From NCBI RefSeq assembly GCF_021869535.1, contig NW_026262690.1:29946001-30010000 (forward strand): DNA of 64,000 nt. The letters are read 5' to 3'. Under the pieces are notes generated by a model. It did no database searches. It saw nothing but the letters and a program-made list of their open reading frames with translations, and was not told the origin of the DNA. This DNA is from Mytilus californianus (taxonomy: Eukaryota). Shown here piece by piece: positions 27,141 to 40,700 of this stretch (positions are counted from its first letter, which is position 1; each line of letters begins with the position of its first letter). The translations under genes and the position numbers were made by a program.

Positions 27141-28148
27141 GTACGATAAAGTTCCCCGTGAACTGCTAAGTTAGACGCTCTACTATAAACTCCAAGTATA
27201 TGCTTATAAAATGTAAAATGTACACTGAAGAGTTATTTCAATTTTCATCCGCGGTTCACAATGATTCCCTTTGGGGAATAAGTTAGCGTCACAAACTCTC
27301 CTGTGCGAGTTTTGTGCACCATTGGCTTAAAGTATTGCTATGCTAATACATCCCTCACGTACCACCTTAAATGTATTTCCAACTTGCTTTATACGTCTAT
27401 GGACTAGGTTAGAACTTTTGTTCGTGAATAATAATAAACCAAACATGTTATTTAGTCTGACGCCACTTTTTAACATGAAAATCAATGATATCGCATATAA
27501 AAATACTCTCAGTTACTTAAAGCAAGCTCAAAGTATTTAACTTTTTATGCTGACATAAAATCATGCCCTATTCCTACGCACAACAACACCATATACTTAT
27601 TTTACAAAACACCACCTATAATATGATGTTCTCCTTCTTTGTTTTCTTCTCTTTCTCTTTATTTGTCAAACTTCATTGTAGATATTAAGCTGACATTTCA
27701 TATATGGTTGTAAAGACGGAATTTTAAGACCTTTCAAATTTTGCTCTGTGCGCCAGTCTTCTGATCTAATATCAACTGAGGGACGGAGAACATTTTATGT
27801 GAATGAAAACATTTTAGTTGATAGTTTTCCACTCTTGTGTATATTGTTTTGATATTATTTTATCCTATATTAAAAGTATCATAGTACCATTAAGTTTAGA
27901 ATAACTAAGACTTGATAAAAAAGGAAGGTATTTGATTTTATCATACTTCATGTCAAAATGCCAGACTTTGATTGGTTAATACGAGGGAGACAATTTACTC
28001 TATATCATGGCAAATACTCTATTACCCTTCACGGAGACGCTTGCTCAAGTGTGCGCTTTAATAAATACGGATGATTGTTATGTACAAGACGACATAGTTT
28101 ATTACTTTGAATTTGAAATTCATAATTCAGCTTTGTGTTATTTATATA

Positions 28149-29325
28149 CTGGTATGTTGATATACCATTAACTTTAGAATAACTAAGACTTGTTTTGGTG
28201 AAAAGAAAGGTATTTGATTCTGGTATGTTGACATACCATTAACTTTAGAATAACTAAGACTTGTTTTGGTGAAAAGGAAGGTATTTGATTCTGGTATGTT
28301 GACATACCATTAACTTTAGAATAACTAAGACTTGTTTTGGTGATATTTGATTCTGGTATGTTGACATACCATTAACTTTAGAATAACTAAGACTTGTTTT
28401 GGTGAAAAGGAAGGTATTTGATTCTGGTATGTTGACATACCATTAACTTTAGAATAACTAAGACTTGTTTTGGTGATATTTGATTCTGGTATGTTGACAT
28501 ACCATTAACTTTAGAATAACTAAGACTTGTTTTGGTGAAAAGGAAGGTATTTGATTCTGGTATGTTGATATACCATTAACTTTAGAATAACTAAGACTTG
28601 TTTTGGTGAAAAGGAAGGTATTTGATTCTGGTATGTTGACATACCATTAACTTTAGAATAACTAAGACTTGTTTTGGTGATATTTGATTCTGGTATGTTG
28701 ATATACCATTAACTTTAGAATAACTAAGACTTGTTTTGGTGATATTTGATTCTGGTATGTTGACATACCATTAACTTTAGAATAACTAAGACTTGTTTTG
28801 GTGAAAAGGAAGGTATTTGATTCTAGTATGTTGACATACCATTAACTTTAGAATAACTAAGACTTGTTTTGGTGATATTTGATTCTGGTATGTTGATATA
28901 CCAATAACTTTAGAATAACTAAGACTTGTTTTGGTGAAAAGGAAGGTATTTGATTCTTGTATGTTGACATACCATTAACTTTAGAATAACTAAGACTTGT
29001 TTTGGTGAAAAGGAAGGTATTTGATTCTGGTATGTTGATATACCATTAACTTTAGAATAACTAAGACTTGTTTTGGTGAAAAGGAAGGTATTTGATTCTG
29101 GTATGTTGATATACCATTAACTTTAGAATAACTAAGACTTGTTTTGGTGAAAAGGAAGGTATTTGATTCTGGTATGTTGACATACCATTAACTTTAGAAT
29201 AACTAAGACTTGTTTTGGTGAAAAGGAAGGTATTTGATTCTGGTATGTTGATATACCATTAACTTTAGAATAACTAAGACTTGTTTTGGTAAGAAGGTAG
29301 GTATTTAATTCTGATATGTTGATAT
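28149..29325. repeat. Minisatellite of 71-bp (L) and 62-bp (S) units, 17 copies
   Basis: Units start at 28155, 28226, 28297, 28359, 28430, 28492, 28563, 28634, 28696, 28758, 28829, 28891, 28962, 29033, 29104, 29175 and 29246; S lacks aaaggaagg. Confidence 0.97.
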
Positions 29326-29359
29326 TGTTGTCGTAAACTTTTTCTTGTTTTATTTCTAG

Positions 29360-29450
29360 TTACAAGTACATCAACATAATCTGGTTTTGTTCCAATTGGT
29401 TCGCAATGAGTAACTCGTGTTATAATCCATTCATATATGGTCTCCTAAAT
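29360..29450 (+). CDS. Lkr: Neuropeptide GPCR (leucokinin/lymnokinin receptor-like), TM7 exon
   Basis: Polypyrimidine tract plus ttctag acceptor and gtaagt donor; encodes YKYINIIWFCSNWFAMSNSCYNPFIYGLLN (NPxxY). INIIWF and MSNSCYNPFIYG fit kinin receptors better than RYamide/luqin receptors, from recall. Confidence 0.9.
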
Positions 29451-32345
29451 GTAAGTATCAATATATCTTACAACACTTTGAAGCTTGTTTGCCTAAACGT
29501 TAAAAGATTATAAATTGAGAGCAAAAAAAATAAATCGAACAATATTAAGTATTATCTTTTTGATTGCACGTATTTTGAAAAAGCAATTTATCATATAGTG
29601 TAATTATAGTTTTCAGCTATTTGACTGGCATGTAAACTGACATATGTAACTTAAATGCACAATTACATAGTTAGCATCATCTTTGTAAAATAAGACAGAA
29701 GACATCAAAGAGACAATACAAAATCATAAAGCAAAGATTATCAGATAATAAAATTATCATGGAATAAAAACGAAAAACGACGAAAAGACAAACAAAAGTC
29801 CACAGAGCACTCCATAGAAAATACTAAAAACCGAGCAACACGAACGGCACCAAAAACCGATATCGGTGAAAAGTTTCATTCGTTGATGGCACAATCGATG
29901 TAATGTAAGAATTCAAGACTAAAACGCACAAACTTAAGGCTAATAATTTCAAATGTTACTACAAGGATACCTTTGGTGACGTCTTGATGCTCTTGTTCGA
30001 TCAGTTACATTTCAGACTTATTTTTCCAAATCATCTTAATATTAATTATTATGTATCATACAATCTCAGCTATCCAATTTTTGAATATATGCCTCTCAAG
30101 TCATTCCCCTTAAACCAATTGAAATATCAGAATCCCCCATGACTGGGTAACATTTCTAAATATATGACCACTGACCTTGACCTTTGGTTATTTGGTATTA
30201 TTCGATTACAACCAGGACACCAGACGCAATTCGTCTTTTATAATAACTAAAGTAAAATAAGTTGAAACTAATAGACCTCTCTTCAAATTGCAAATATTTA
30301 ACAAAGTAATAAAGGAAATAATGGAAGAAAAGTATTGATAGATTACTGTAGTAATAAGGCCATTCATCAAAAAAGAATTGTGCCCATCAGACAAGAAGTT
30401 TGGAGAAAGACGAATGAAATTTTTAGGTTCATTAACTTGTCGAAGGAGTGCTTGATTAACAATAACAAAAATCTGAACAATCAAAGCGATCACGTGATTT
30501 ATTCGTTACGTTGACGTGGAATATAGTTAATAGTTCCGAAAAGGGCTAATAAAACTATTTTCCTGTGTCTGGAAATGTAACATAGTAAAATCAATCTAGT
30601 TACCAATGCAAATTGTTATACTAGTATATTGTTCTCCAAACAATTTCCAGTAAATTAAACTATTCTTAGTATTTATCATTGAGAAAATCCCAGTTAGCTA
30701 ACCCTTAATTCAATTGCTTTACCAAATAATATTAGACGTTCATTCCATTCATCACTGTACCAGATGAAGTTTGATAAGATTAGTCTCAAGTATTTCATAA
30801 CGTGCTACAAAGTAAATTCACTTATAAAAGATCAGAACGGAACAGACACTATTAAAGATACCATTTTCCTACAACCCTTTTTCGCAATTTTTTAAAGGAT
30901 TATAATAAATTAATCTGATATGCGTTTATTGCTGACTGTGAATCATAATTGCTCCATAAAAGCATGTAAACCTACAATGGATAGTTTGAATTTGAAAAAA
31001 AAAATTAGAAACTTAATCTACATTACACCAGATTTGACAATTATATAATTCTTTCTTAACTTATGATTCCATTGCATCACCAATGAAACATACACCACAC
31101 GGTACTGCTTTTAAGGAGGAAATGTAATCAATTATCTGTTATGAAAGGCTTTTCTAAAACTTTGAATGACATTAAGCTATTTTTTTTCTATTCATATCAG
31201 AGTTAAATAAGTGCCAATATATAATACCCATTCTGACATTTACGCAACCATTTTAACTGGTGACTTTAAAGCTTTAATTGTATTACAAATAACATTTTCC
31301 ATTTTGATAGGGACACTAAAAACTTGAAGGGTTGTTTGGTACAGCATTCAATAAGTCATGTATTAACCCTAATAATGAGGGCCAAGAAATCTTCATTTTT
31401 ATCTCATTAACTTCCTTCTCGATATGAGTATGTAGGGAAATTGTGAGGACATAGGACTTTCAGTCCACACTACAATAAGTTTTCAACAAAATTCTAAAAC
31501 ATTTAAAATAAAAGCTCAAAATATATAAAATCATATTTTTTTTTTAATTTTCCCGACAATAAACACATTTAGAAATAAAAATATGAACATCACAAAAAGG
31601 AAAGTTCCAACATGTGAACTGAAACAAAAAATGTCACATAAGTAGAATAGAACCAAGATATCAAAGTTTTATTGATTATCATGTGTGTTGTTTTCCAATA
31701 CTGCAACTCCTCCAGGCAAAGTTGATCTTGGCCGGATTTGGCTGTTCTGTAAAGGGGCGTATGGTTAAAAGCTCTAAAATGTTTGTATTTTTTTGGCTTT
31801 CCAAACTTTTGGCCAAGAACATACCCGATGAAAGTTATTTAAGAGGATCAAATGTTTTACTACCATTATGTTGTCGATCACAAAGGTACATGAGACTGGG
31901 TGCGTGTTGTGCACACGGAAATCGTATCATATTTTTTTAAAATGCAACCATACATGATTCATGGAAAATACATATGCCACACAGTCTCTTTGTAAAAACG
32001 TTCTGGCATATGACCTGTAAATGCTTAGATAAAACATTGCAACACAGTTCATTTTGTATCCTATATTCTATAATTCATGAGAACTCTAAATATTATGTGG
32101 TTGACTTCTATCGGAAGAAGGAGAAGAGATCAACTGAACTTGTATTACGCTTAACATAACAGGCGTACCAGCCTAAATATGAACACCTCGGGGTTCTACG
32201 AAATTTCTTCTACTTTTTCTGTTGCAATTGGGTAATTTTATGCGTTTCCCCTCGGATTTCTATTAGACCAACAGCGGCTGTATAATTTAAAGGATGAAAA
32301 GTGTGCCATATTTTTCAAAGTAATTCTTTTTTGTTTTTGTTTCAG

Positions 32346-32564
32346 GATAAATTTAAACGAGCATTTCGCCGAATATTTTGGAAATGTTGTCGAAAACTGT
32401 ACAAGGACCACGATTTTCCAGATTTCTCTGATGACCTGACCATACGGACGAGTTTCATACACAACGGGAAATATCGGACATCGGTGAATGGATCAATGTA
32501 TTCCAGACATCACCGGAGGTCGACAAAATTATCGATAGAAAATGTCGACCCTGCGATGGTGTGA
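32346..32564 (+). CDS. Lkr: Neuropeptide GPCR, last coding exon (helix 8 and C-tail)
   Basis: ttgtttcag acceptor, phase 0; DKFKRAFRRIFWKCCR (helix 8 plus a di-Cys palmitoylation-type site), Ser/Thr-rich tail, TGA at 32562-32564. Confidence 0.88.
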   Translation, partial: DKFKRAFRRIFWKCCRKLYKDHDFPDFSDDLTIRTSFIHNGKYRTSVNGSMYSRHHRRSTKLSIENVDPAMV

Positions 32565-35500
32565 CTATTATGCAAATAACAATGGTCCTGATGATATTGA
32601 TACGACCAAAAGCTGATAGGGACAAGAATAAGTTTGAATGGTGGAGATAAGTAAAAAACTTATTTGACAATCGAGAACGACGGTTTAATGATAACCGAGC
32701 CACAAGTGCAAGTTGAGAATTCACCTTCCTGTAAATTAATAACACCGACGCTATAATTAGACAGACAATTTAAGTTTTGAAATATTATGAGAATGAACCG
32801 ATTATCAATGATTACCAACGGAGCCGGTATTCCTATGGGTTTATCAAAGCAAAACCTTCTTGCGTGGTATTACCCTTAACCCAGTTAATAACAACAAAAA
32901 CAAATATACTGTATATTATAAATATTTATAACACGTCATCAGCTTGGAGCTCATCACAAATAAAGTGTCACGTTTAATGCTACTCATGTTTAAAACAATT
33001 CATGTTTTATTTCACTTATATGTTGCACGTATATTCTTTTACATCCTATTTCATTTCAGCATCCATTTCAATTTACATAATAAATAACAATAACTTTGAA
33101 TTCAGAATTTTATGTAGAGAGTATGCAATATCTACTGTTACATACAATAAGCTATGTTGACAACGATAGCCACTTCATGTGTTTCATTCATTAGACTAAT
33201 TACACACCTTACATTTAGCTGGCCATGTCACATCTTATTCTTACCTAAAGACAATCCAAAGATAATAGCTGAGATAATTTCCTATTTGTGTTATTTAAGT
33301 AGTTTTTTTCTATATGAATTGGGTTTGAATAAAACAGCATATTCACCGCATGAATAATTATTGTAAAATATTGGTCTAAAACTGATGTTCACTTTGGCTG
33401 TTGCCCTCAGCAATTATAAGTTTTTTTTTCAAAAGTCAATAAAAACTCATATTTTACCTCACCAAACGGTAGTGATTGCATAATATTTGATCCCGGTCTT
33501 TTTGCAAGCAAAAAGGCATTTTGAAAATTAAACCAATTTATAAAGTCATTATCTACAAAGTGTCAAAATTCGAACTGTCACTTTAATACCATGCACAAAA
33601 GAAATCGATATACAACCGTGTGTTTGGTCGGCAGAAGATGAAACTTACCTACTCGTAACCTTCTTTAACTGTTAAGCAAGGCATAAAGTTATAATTTATC
33701 AAAAACAGTGTAAAAGGTTTAAGCTTAAAAACAGAAAGAAAGTTTTTACTTTGTCACTTCGCATTAACATGTTCCATATGGGAGATACGTACCATTACGC
33801 ACTTGAAAAGCAATCGGCTGCACTATCGACATAGAAATCTTAAATAATCAAAATTCTATACAAACTAAATGAAATAGTTATCAACAAATTAATTGGAAGA
33901 TTACAATGTTCAAATGCTTTAATCATCAAGGCAGATAGGAATCTGGTACTCAAATGACTATATGAAATAACCAGATATGGTATTATTTCCAATGAGACAA
34001 GTATCCAACCTGCAACAATGAGCAAAACCCATACCGTATAGTCAATTATTCTGGGATAACATGATTTATCATTAGTTGTAATTGGCTTTGAACTAGCTTT
34101 CAGTAGCTGCGAGTACTTTTATATCGGTGTTTTTTATCTATTGTTTTATGGTAGTCATTTTTTATGCTTTGTGCCGATCTATTGAGTTAAACCATTTGCA
34201 ACTGATTTTTATAGTTTGTTCTTACGATATGCTTTAATTCCAATGTCCAGGGTTAGGGGATGGTTGAGCGCTTACAAACATGTTTAACCCCATCTGTCAC
34301 AAGTAAGGAGCCTGAAAAATAGTGGTTGTCGTTGGTTCATATCTGTCATCTTTGTCTTTCGTTAATTGTTTTGTTTTAATAAGCTTTTAGTTTTTTTCGT
34401 TTGAAATTTTCACATTTTTCTTGTCGTGTCCTTATATAACTGATAATACGGTACGTATGGGGGCCTTTGGTTGCTTATATCTACGTCATTTGAACTATGG
34501 TGTTAGTTGTCCCATTGACAGCCATACCACATCTCCTTATTTTTATATTAAGGGTCCCGACATGACATAATAACATTAACGGTACCAGTTTTACTGCACC
34601 AGAGGCGCATTTTGACAATAAATATCTCTTCGGTGATGCCAAGGCCAAAATATTTGAAAATTCAAAATTTATTAAAAGAAATGATGAGTATTGGTATGGA
34701 TTTTTCTCATTGTTGAAGGCCGTACAGGGACCTTTCATTGTTTGTATCCACGTCATTTGTATTTTGGTGGATAGTTGTGGCATTGACAATCAAATCACAT
34801 CTCCTTATTTCAAAAGATGTGGGGAATACGTCAATGAGACAGCAATCAAATTTAAAAAATAACTAAAAGACATCTAGACTGTGCATGCTAGCTTCTTGGC
34901 ACATCGTCATTCTGATTAATTTAATCTCGTAGAGCGACGCTGACAAAAATGTCTCCTCACTTATAGCACGTGTCATTATAAAGCTGAATGTAACCCATTT
35001 TCAATAAACTACAGTCCCGTCTTCAATAAATGACAGTATTACAATGTATTTAAAAAGGCATATACACTTTATAGGAGAAGCTTCTTTCAATGTTAGATTC
35101 AATTTATTTGATTTAGTCAGTTGCGTATTTTGATTTCACTACGATGAAAGAAGAGTAACTCAATAACTGATTGAAGAAAAATGTTTACATAAATGCGTAT
35201 GACAAGGCCTCATGATTATAATGAAAGAGAAGATGTGAGACATGAGTTAATGAGAGAGCAACAAAATATATAATACTAATAGACCAATGGTATAGATAGA
35301 TGGAGGCAGAGGTTTGTGTGCAGGTATACATGTTTTATAACCCACGATATTTTGTGCCTGTACAAAGTCAGGTTGTTGTCGCTAGTAGCTGACTGCCATT
35401 ATAACTTTCGTTTATTGATTTATTAATAACTATACATCAGGCCATTGTTTTTTTTTCTGGAATTGTTAATGTCCCACCATGAAAATAAGCATAAGTTTGA

Positions 35501-36961
35501 AAACTGAATTAGCCTGCGGGGTTCAAGTTCTGAGAAAACCGAACAATTACATAATATAAGACCCGGAAACTTACAATTACAATGTTTCATTTAATTACGA
35601 CAGTACTGAACCATTTACTACAGTCGTATTCATCCGCAGGGAGTGATAGTTCCAGTAAAAAGTAGGAATATTAATCGACTGTAATAAGATATACCGTATG
35701 AGTTTATTCTGATAATGCAGTTTTTAGGACCAAAATGGATTTAAAACAGGATAAGTATCAAATCAATGTTTGAAAATTTTAATTTACTGAAATCTGAACA
35801 CATTCTTCATTCTATAAAATATTTCAGAAGATCCATGTCGAACAGTCTTCAGGGGAAATCGTTGATTACATGATGTTTCTGAAATGATAAAAAAAATACA
35901 TGCTACCGAAGAATCAGTGACACTACTCTTATACATATTGTACTCCGTGTTGAAATATTTCTAACAGGACCTTCAATTTATACTCAGCAGAAAGGATAAT
36001 ACTGTGGAAACTCACAGTATACATGTACCACTAAATTTTCTCTGCATATATGTATTCTATCTGTGAATCCTGACATATAATTTTATGATTTACTGGCTCA
36101 AGTGTTTCTTTTGGTTTTCAATAATCTGTAGAATTAAATGAATATTTCACTGTGTTTTTTTTTGCCAAACAATATAATGATTTCCTTTTGTGTGTCAGTT
36201 ATTCTTTTTACCGGTTTCCAAGCCTTGTATTTGTATGGTTTTGAGCCTTGTACAAATAATTCAATATGTGAGAAAATGCATAGTTATATAGTTATTCGAA
36301 ATCTCTTTTTTTTTTATTAATCAATTTTATTGCACCTTTGCTGTTAACAATTTACTCAATCTCCCCCCCCCCCCCCCCCCCCCCCCAAATGAATTCAGGA
36401 TATTTTGCCAAGCCATCTTAAGTCAGTTGCTGTAAAAGAGGGACGAAAGATACCAGAGGGACAGTCAAAACTGCACTAGTTTTCTTTTCTTATACTGAAC
36501 AACAAAAACGAAAGGATTCATATGTTTCCTGTATAGACAATACACAATGTAAAAAATGTAAAACCAATCGGATTTAAATGTTCGGCTTCTTCAGCAAAAA
36601 CTCTGGTATCGATAAAAAAAAAATTCTCCGGCGTAAGATTGATTTCAAGCGACTGTTTTGTTATCAATTTTAAAAGAAAAAATAATTTAAGTTGCAATGG
36701 TTTTCTGTTGCAGGAACTTTTCTTTATAAAATGAAAAAAAAAATGATAAAAATCATTGGACACCATAACATATTGCCGCAATTACATATGATCAATTCGT
36801 TCAACAAAGAAGAAAAAAAAGAAATTAAAAGATAAAAATATAAGTGCTGGCTATAAGTGGTTTATCCGCAATAAGATGTCCGCAAGCCAACAACTTATAA
36901 AACATACAGAAAAAAAACATTAGAACACAACAATCAACCACCCGCACACAACGCCCTATAT

Positions 36962-37640
36962 AAAGAAAAAACAAACAACAAGAAAACAACCTACAATAAA
37001 CCACTCAAAACAACTTGTACAACATACGACAATACAAAGAAAAAAACAAACAACAAGAAAACAACCTACAATAAACCACTCACAACAACTTGTACAACAT
37101 ACGACAATACAAAGAAAAAAACAAACAACAAGAAAACAACCTACAATAAACCACTCACAACAACTTGTACAACATACGACAATACAAAGAGAAAAAACAA
37201 ACAACAAGAAAACAACCTACAATAAACCACTTACAACAACTTGTAAAACATACGACAATACAAAGAGAGAAAAAAACAAACAACAAGAAAACAACCTACA
37301 ATAAACCACTTACAACAACTTGTAAAACATACGACAATACAAAGAGAGAAAAAAACAAACAACAAGAAAACAACCTACAATAAACCACTCACAACAACTT
37401 GTACAACATACGACAATACAAAGAAAAAAAAACTAACAACAAGAAAACAACCTACAATAAACCACTCACAACAACTTGTACAACCGATTATACGACAATA
37501 CAAAGAGAAAAAACAAACAACAAGAAAACAACCTACAATAAACCACTCACAACAACTTGTACAACATACGACAATACAAAGAAAAAAACAAACAACAACC
37601 TACAAAACATTCGGTTACAACTTGTACAACACACAAATAA
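36962..37640. repeat. Tandem repeat, ~75-bp A/C-rich unit, about 9 copies
   Basis: Unit aaagaaaaaaacaaacaacaagaaaacaacctacaataaaccactcacaacaacttgtacaacatacgacaatac. Confidence 0.93.
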
Positions 37641-37747
37641 ATAATGAACAACACAACAGGGTTTATCATTATTAAAAAAAGTACAAAACCAGTGAGATAG
37701 TTGATAAAATCTGGGTATCCTTATTTCTACCTCTCTCTATAACTTAA

Positions 37748-40700
37748 TAAAATTGCAAATGGAAACGGGGAATGCGTCAAAGAGACAACAACCCGACCAA
37801 AGAGCAGAGCACAAGACCAAGGCCACCAATGAGTCGGGACTTGATCGCAGAGAGAAAATTCTGCACCCGGAGGCGGGCTATAGCTGCCCCCTAAACAATA
37901 ATGTATACAAGTTCGGCGAAAACGGACGTCACTTTAAACTGCGAAACATATAAATGAACCAAAATTTAAAAAAACATACAAGACTAACAAAGGCCAGAGG
38001 TTCCTGACTTGGGACAGGCGCAAAAATGCGGCGGAATTAAACATGTTTTGTGAAATCTCAACTCTCCCCTATACCTCTAGCCAATGTGGAAAAAACAAAC
38101 ACACACAATACGCACAGTAAAATTCAGTTAAAAAGAAGTCCGAGTCCGGTGTTAGAATAGGTAACAGAAGAAACCACAGGCGCTTGGGTTTATGATACAG
38201 AAATTTTTTTAAAATTTTTTTTTTTGTTGATTAAAATATTTAATTTTCTATATTTATACTACATATCTATCACTACTGCGCATGTCTCACCTAGTTTCGA
38301 GTGATTTTATCAACTTTGAGACAAACCCCTATTTTACTATCCACACTAAGAAACAAAAAGGCAACTAACTCGACGCCATCTTGCGTGCTATAAATAAATA
38401 ATAAAATTGACCTACCTGGATTCCCCATCGAATTTTATGGAAAACATGCCTTTCTCGCAGTCCGATCGCAGACGTCGTTTCTATTTATCAAATTTGTACT
38501 GTTCGTAACATTTTAAGTCCATCTCAAGCGTATAATAAAAAGATTTTCACTATTTTCACTAAATTCAAATTTACGTGCCCGGAAGTTTACTGTTAATATT
38601 CAGGGGAAGTTACTTTTTCCCGAACTTTTGTTAAAGGGAAGTAATATTTTCCCGGACTTTTTCGGAACATCTCTGCAAGTACACATAAAACAAAGAAAGG
38701 GATACGATGATTTCCGAACTAATACTGAATGTAAACAAACAGATATGATGGACGAAGAACAAGATCAAGCCTTTAATTTGATTGTAAATGCAACCCCCCC
38801 CCCCAAAAAAAAATAAAAATAAAATAAAAAAATTAACAGATCAAATGGTCCATGGATTATTTTTTTTATTCTTTTCACAAGACAATTTTGTGTGAGCATT
38901 TGTATATTCATAAATTACCATGAAACTATGTTTTCCTTCGTAATTTCTTCCATTGGTTGACTTGCCATTATTTCTAAAACAGATCTTTTCTTTTTTCAGC
39001 AACGAAAAAGTTGCGCCTTTTTTATAATAGTTCGGAAATCATCGTATCCCTTTCTTTGTTTTATGTGTACTTGCAGAGATGTCCCGAAAAGGTCCGGGAA
39101 AATATTACTTCCCTTTAACAAAAGTTCGGGAAAAAGTAACTTCCCCTGAATATTAACAGTAAACTTCCGGGCACGTAAATTTGAATTTAGTGAAAAAAGT
39201 GAAAATCTTATATAATATGCTTGAGATGGACTTAAAATGTTACGAACAGTACCAATTTGATAAATAGAAACGACGTCTGCGATCGGACTGCGAGAAAGGC
39301 ATGTTTTCCATAAAATTCGATGGGGAATCCAGGTAGGTCAATTTTATTATTTATTTATAGCACGCAAGATGGCGTCGAGTTAGTTGCCTTTTTGTTTCTT
39401 AGTGTGGATAGTAAAATAGGGGTTTGTCTCAAAGTTGATAAAAACTCGAATCTAGGTGAGACATGCGCAGTAGTGATAGATATGTAGTATAAAAATAGAA
39501 AATTGAATATTTTAATCAACAAAAAATTTTTTTTTTTTTTAAATTCTGTATCATAAACCCAAGCGCCTGTGGAAGAAACTAAGCAAAATGACAATAATCA
39601 ACATAAATTAACAAAGGACTACTAGCAGTTACTGACATACCAGCTCCAGACCTCAATTAAACTGATTGAAAGATTATGTCTTCATCATATTAAAAATCAA
39701 GCGAAATTCATCCCGTTAGCTGTTAAGTATCATACTATCATAAAATACACGATACAAGAACATAACCCTTATCATGCCAACAACTGATTTTAGAATAAAT
39801 GTGTTTATTTCCGATACAAACCCCTATGAGTGAATCAATATTAATTAAAAAAAATGGCATCTTTAATGACCGGACAACAGTATCGTAGCTATATTCCTTC
39901 TGAATAAGTCTGTTTGAAGGTTTGATTAGCTTTTGAGATGAATGGCGACATTTTTGTGCTTTCTATAGAATATTACCATAAAACATGGGATGTGATATAC
40001 CTGAACGTATAAGATGTCTGCCCGTTAATTAATATTCACGAATGATGTCCTTGTACCGATGGTAAATTTAGTAAATGTTTTGACAAGTTTGTGATATTGA
40101 AAACACTGGTGTAATAATTTTTCAGTAATACAGAGATTTCTTTACGTTGTTACATACACGAGTGAATCGAACATGTTTAGATATATAAACACCATAAGAT
40201 GGTGCCTAGGGAACGTCACCAACGAAAAATGGATAATTAACAATAGGAAATGAAAAATCATCTCTTTTATCGTAAATTTTAGTATTAAGCTTTCCGTTAA
40301 AGATATAGATATCAAGATCCAGGAAAGGGCAGTGTTCATTGTTAGTATTAGCTTTATTCAAAGTCAGTTAGTCAGTACTTAACTCGTCATTATTGAGAGC
40401 CAATATATCATCTAAATGTCTAAGAGTATTATTAAATTTTTGTATTAGATGTTGTTTCGATTGATCTTTGCTGATTTCAGTCATAAATTGTAACATTACA
40501 GAAACATGTCCGCAATAAGTGGTGCACAGTTAGTTCCCATTGCTATTTCGATATCTTGACGATATACGGAATGTCCATAGCGAACAAAAATTAAATTAGG
40601 TAAGTGATTTTTTTAAGAGATTATGAGGCAAAGTGGTATATAGGGTAGATAAATCAAAACTTTGAACAGATTCGAAATCACCAATATGAGCATGCAATTT

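Noticed and set aside
28149-29325. CRISPR-like regular repeats (also at 10081, 23075 and 51127)
   Set aside because: Units are contiguous with no unique spacers, there are no cas genes, and the context is eukaryotic with introns.
30206-30493. 95-aa minus-strand ORF
   Set aside because: AT-rich intronic antisense ORF with a non-ATG start and no motifs.
32556-32620. Possible longer GPCR tail via a 1-nt frameshift (CDYYANNNGPDDIDTTKS)
   Set aside because: The annotated frame ends normally at TGA, and nothing in the sequence demands a frameshift; an orthologue alignment would be needed.
38175-38200. CACAG terminus suggesting a RAG/Transib RSS-like end
   Set aside because: The sequence is CACAGGC, not CACAGTG; no nonamer at 12/23 spacing was seen, and the TSD is 8 bp rather than 5 bp.
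40142-40339. Hydrophobic 65-aa ORF
   Set aside because: Alternative frame of the Penelope-like RT.
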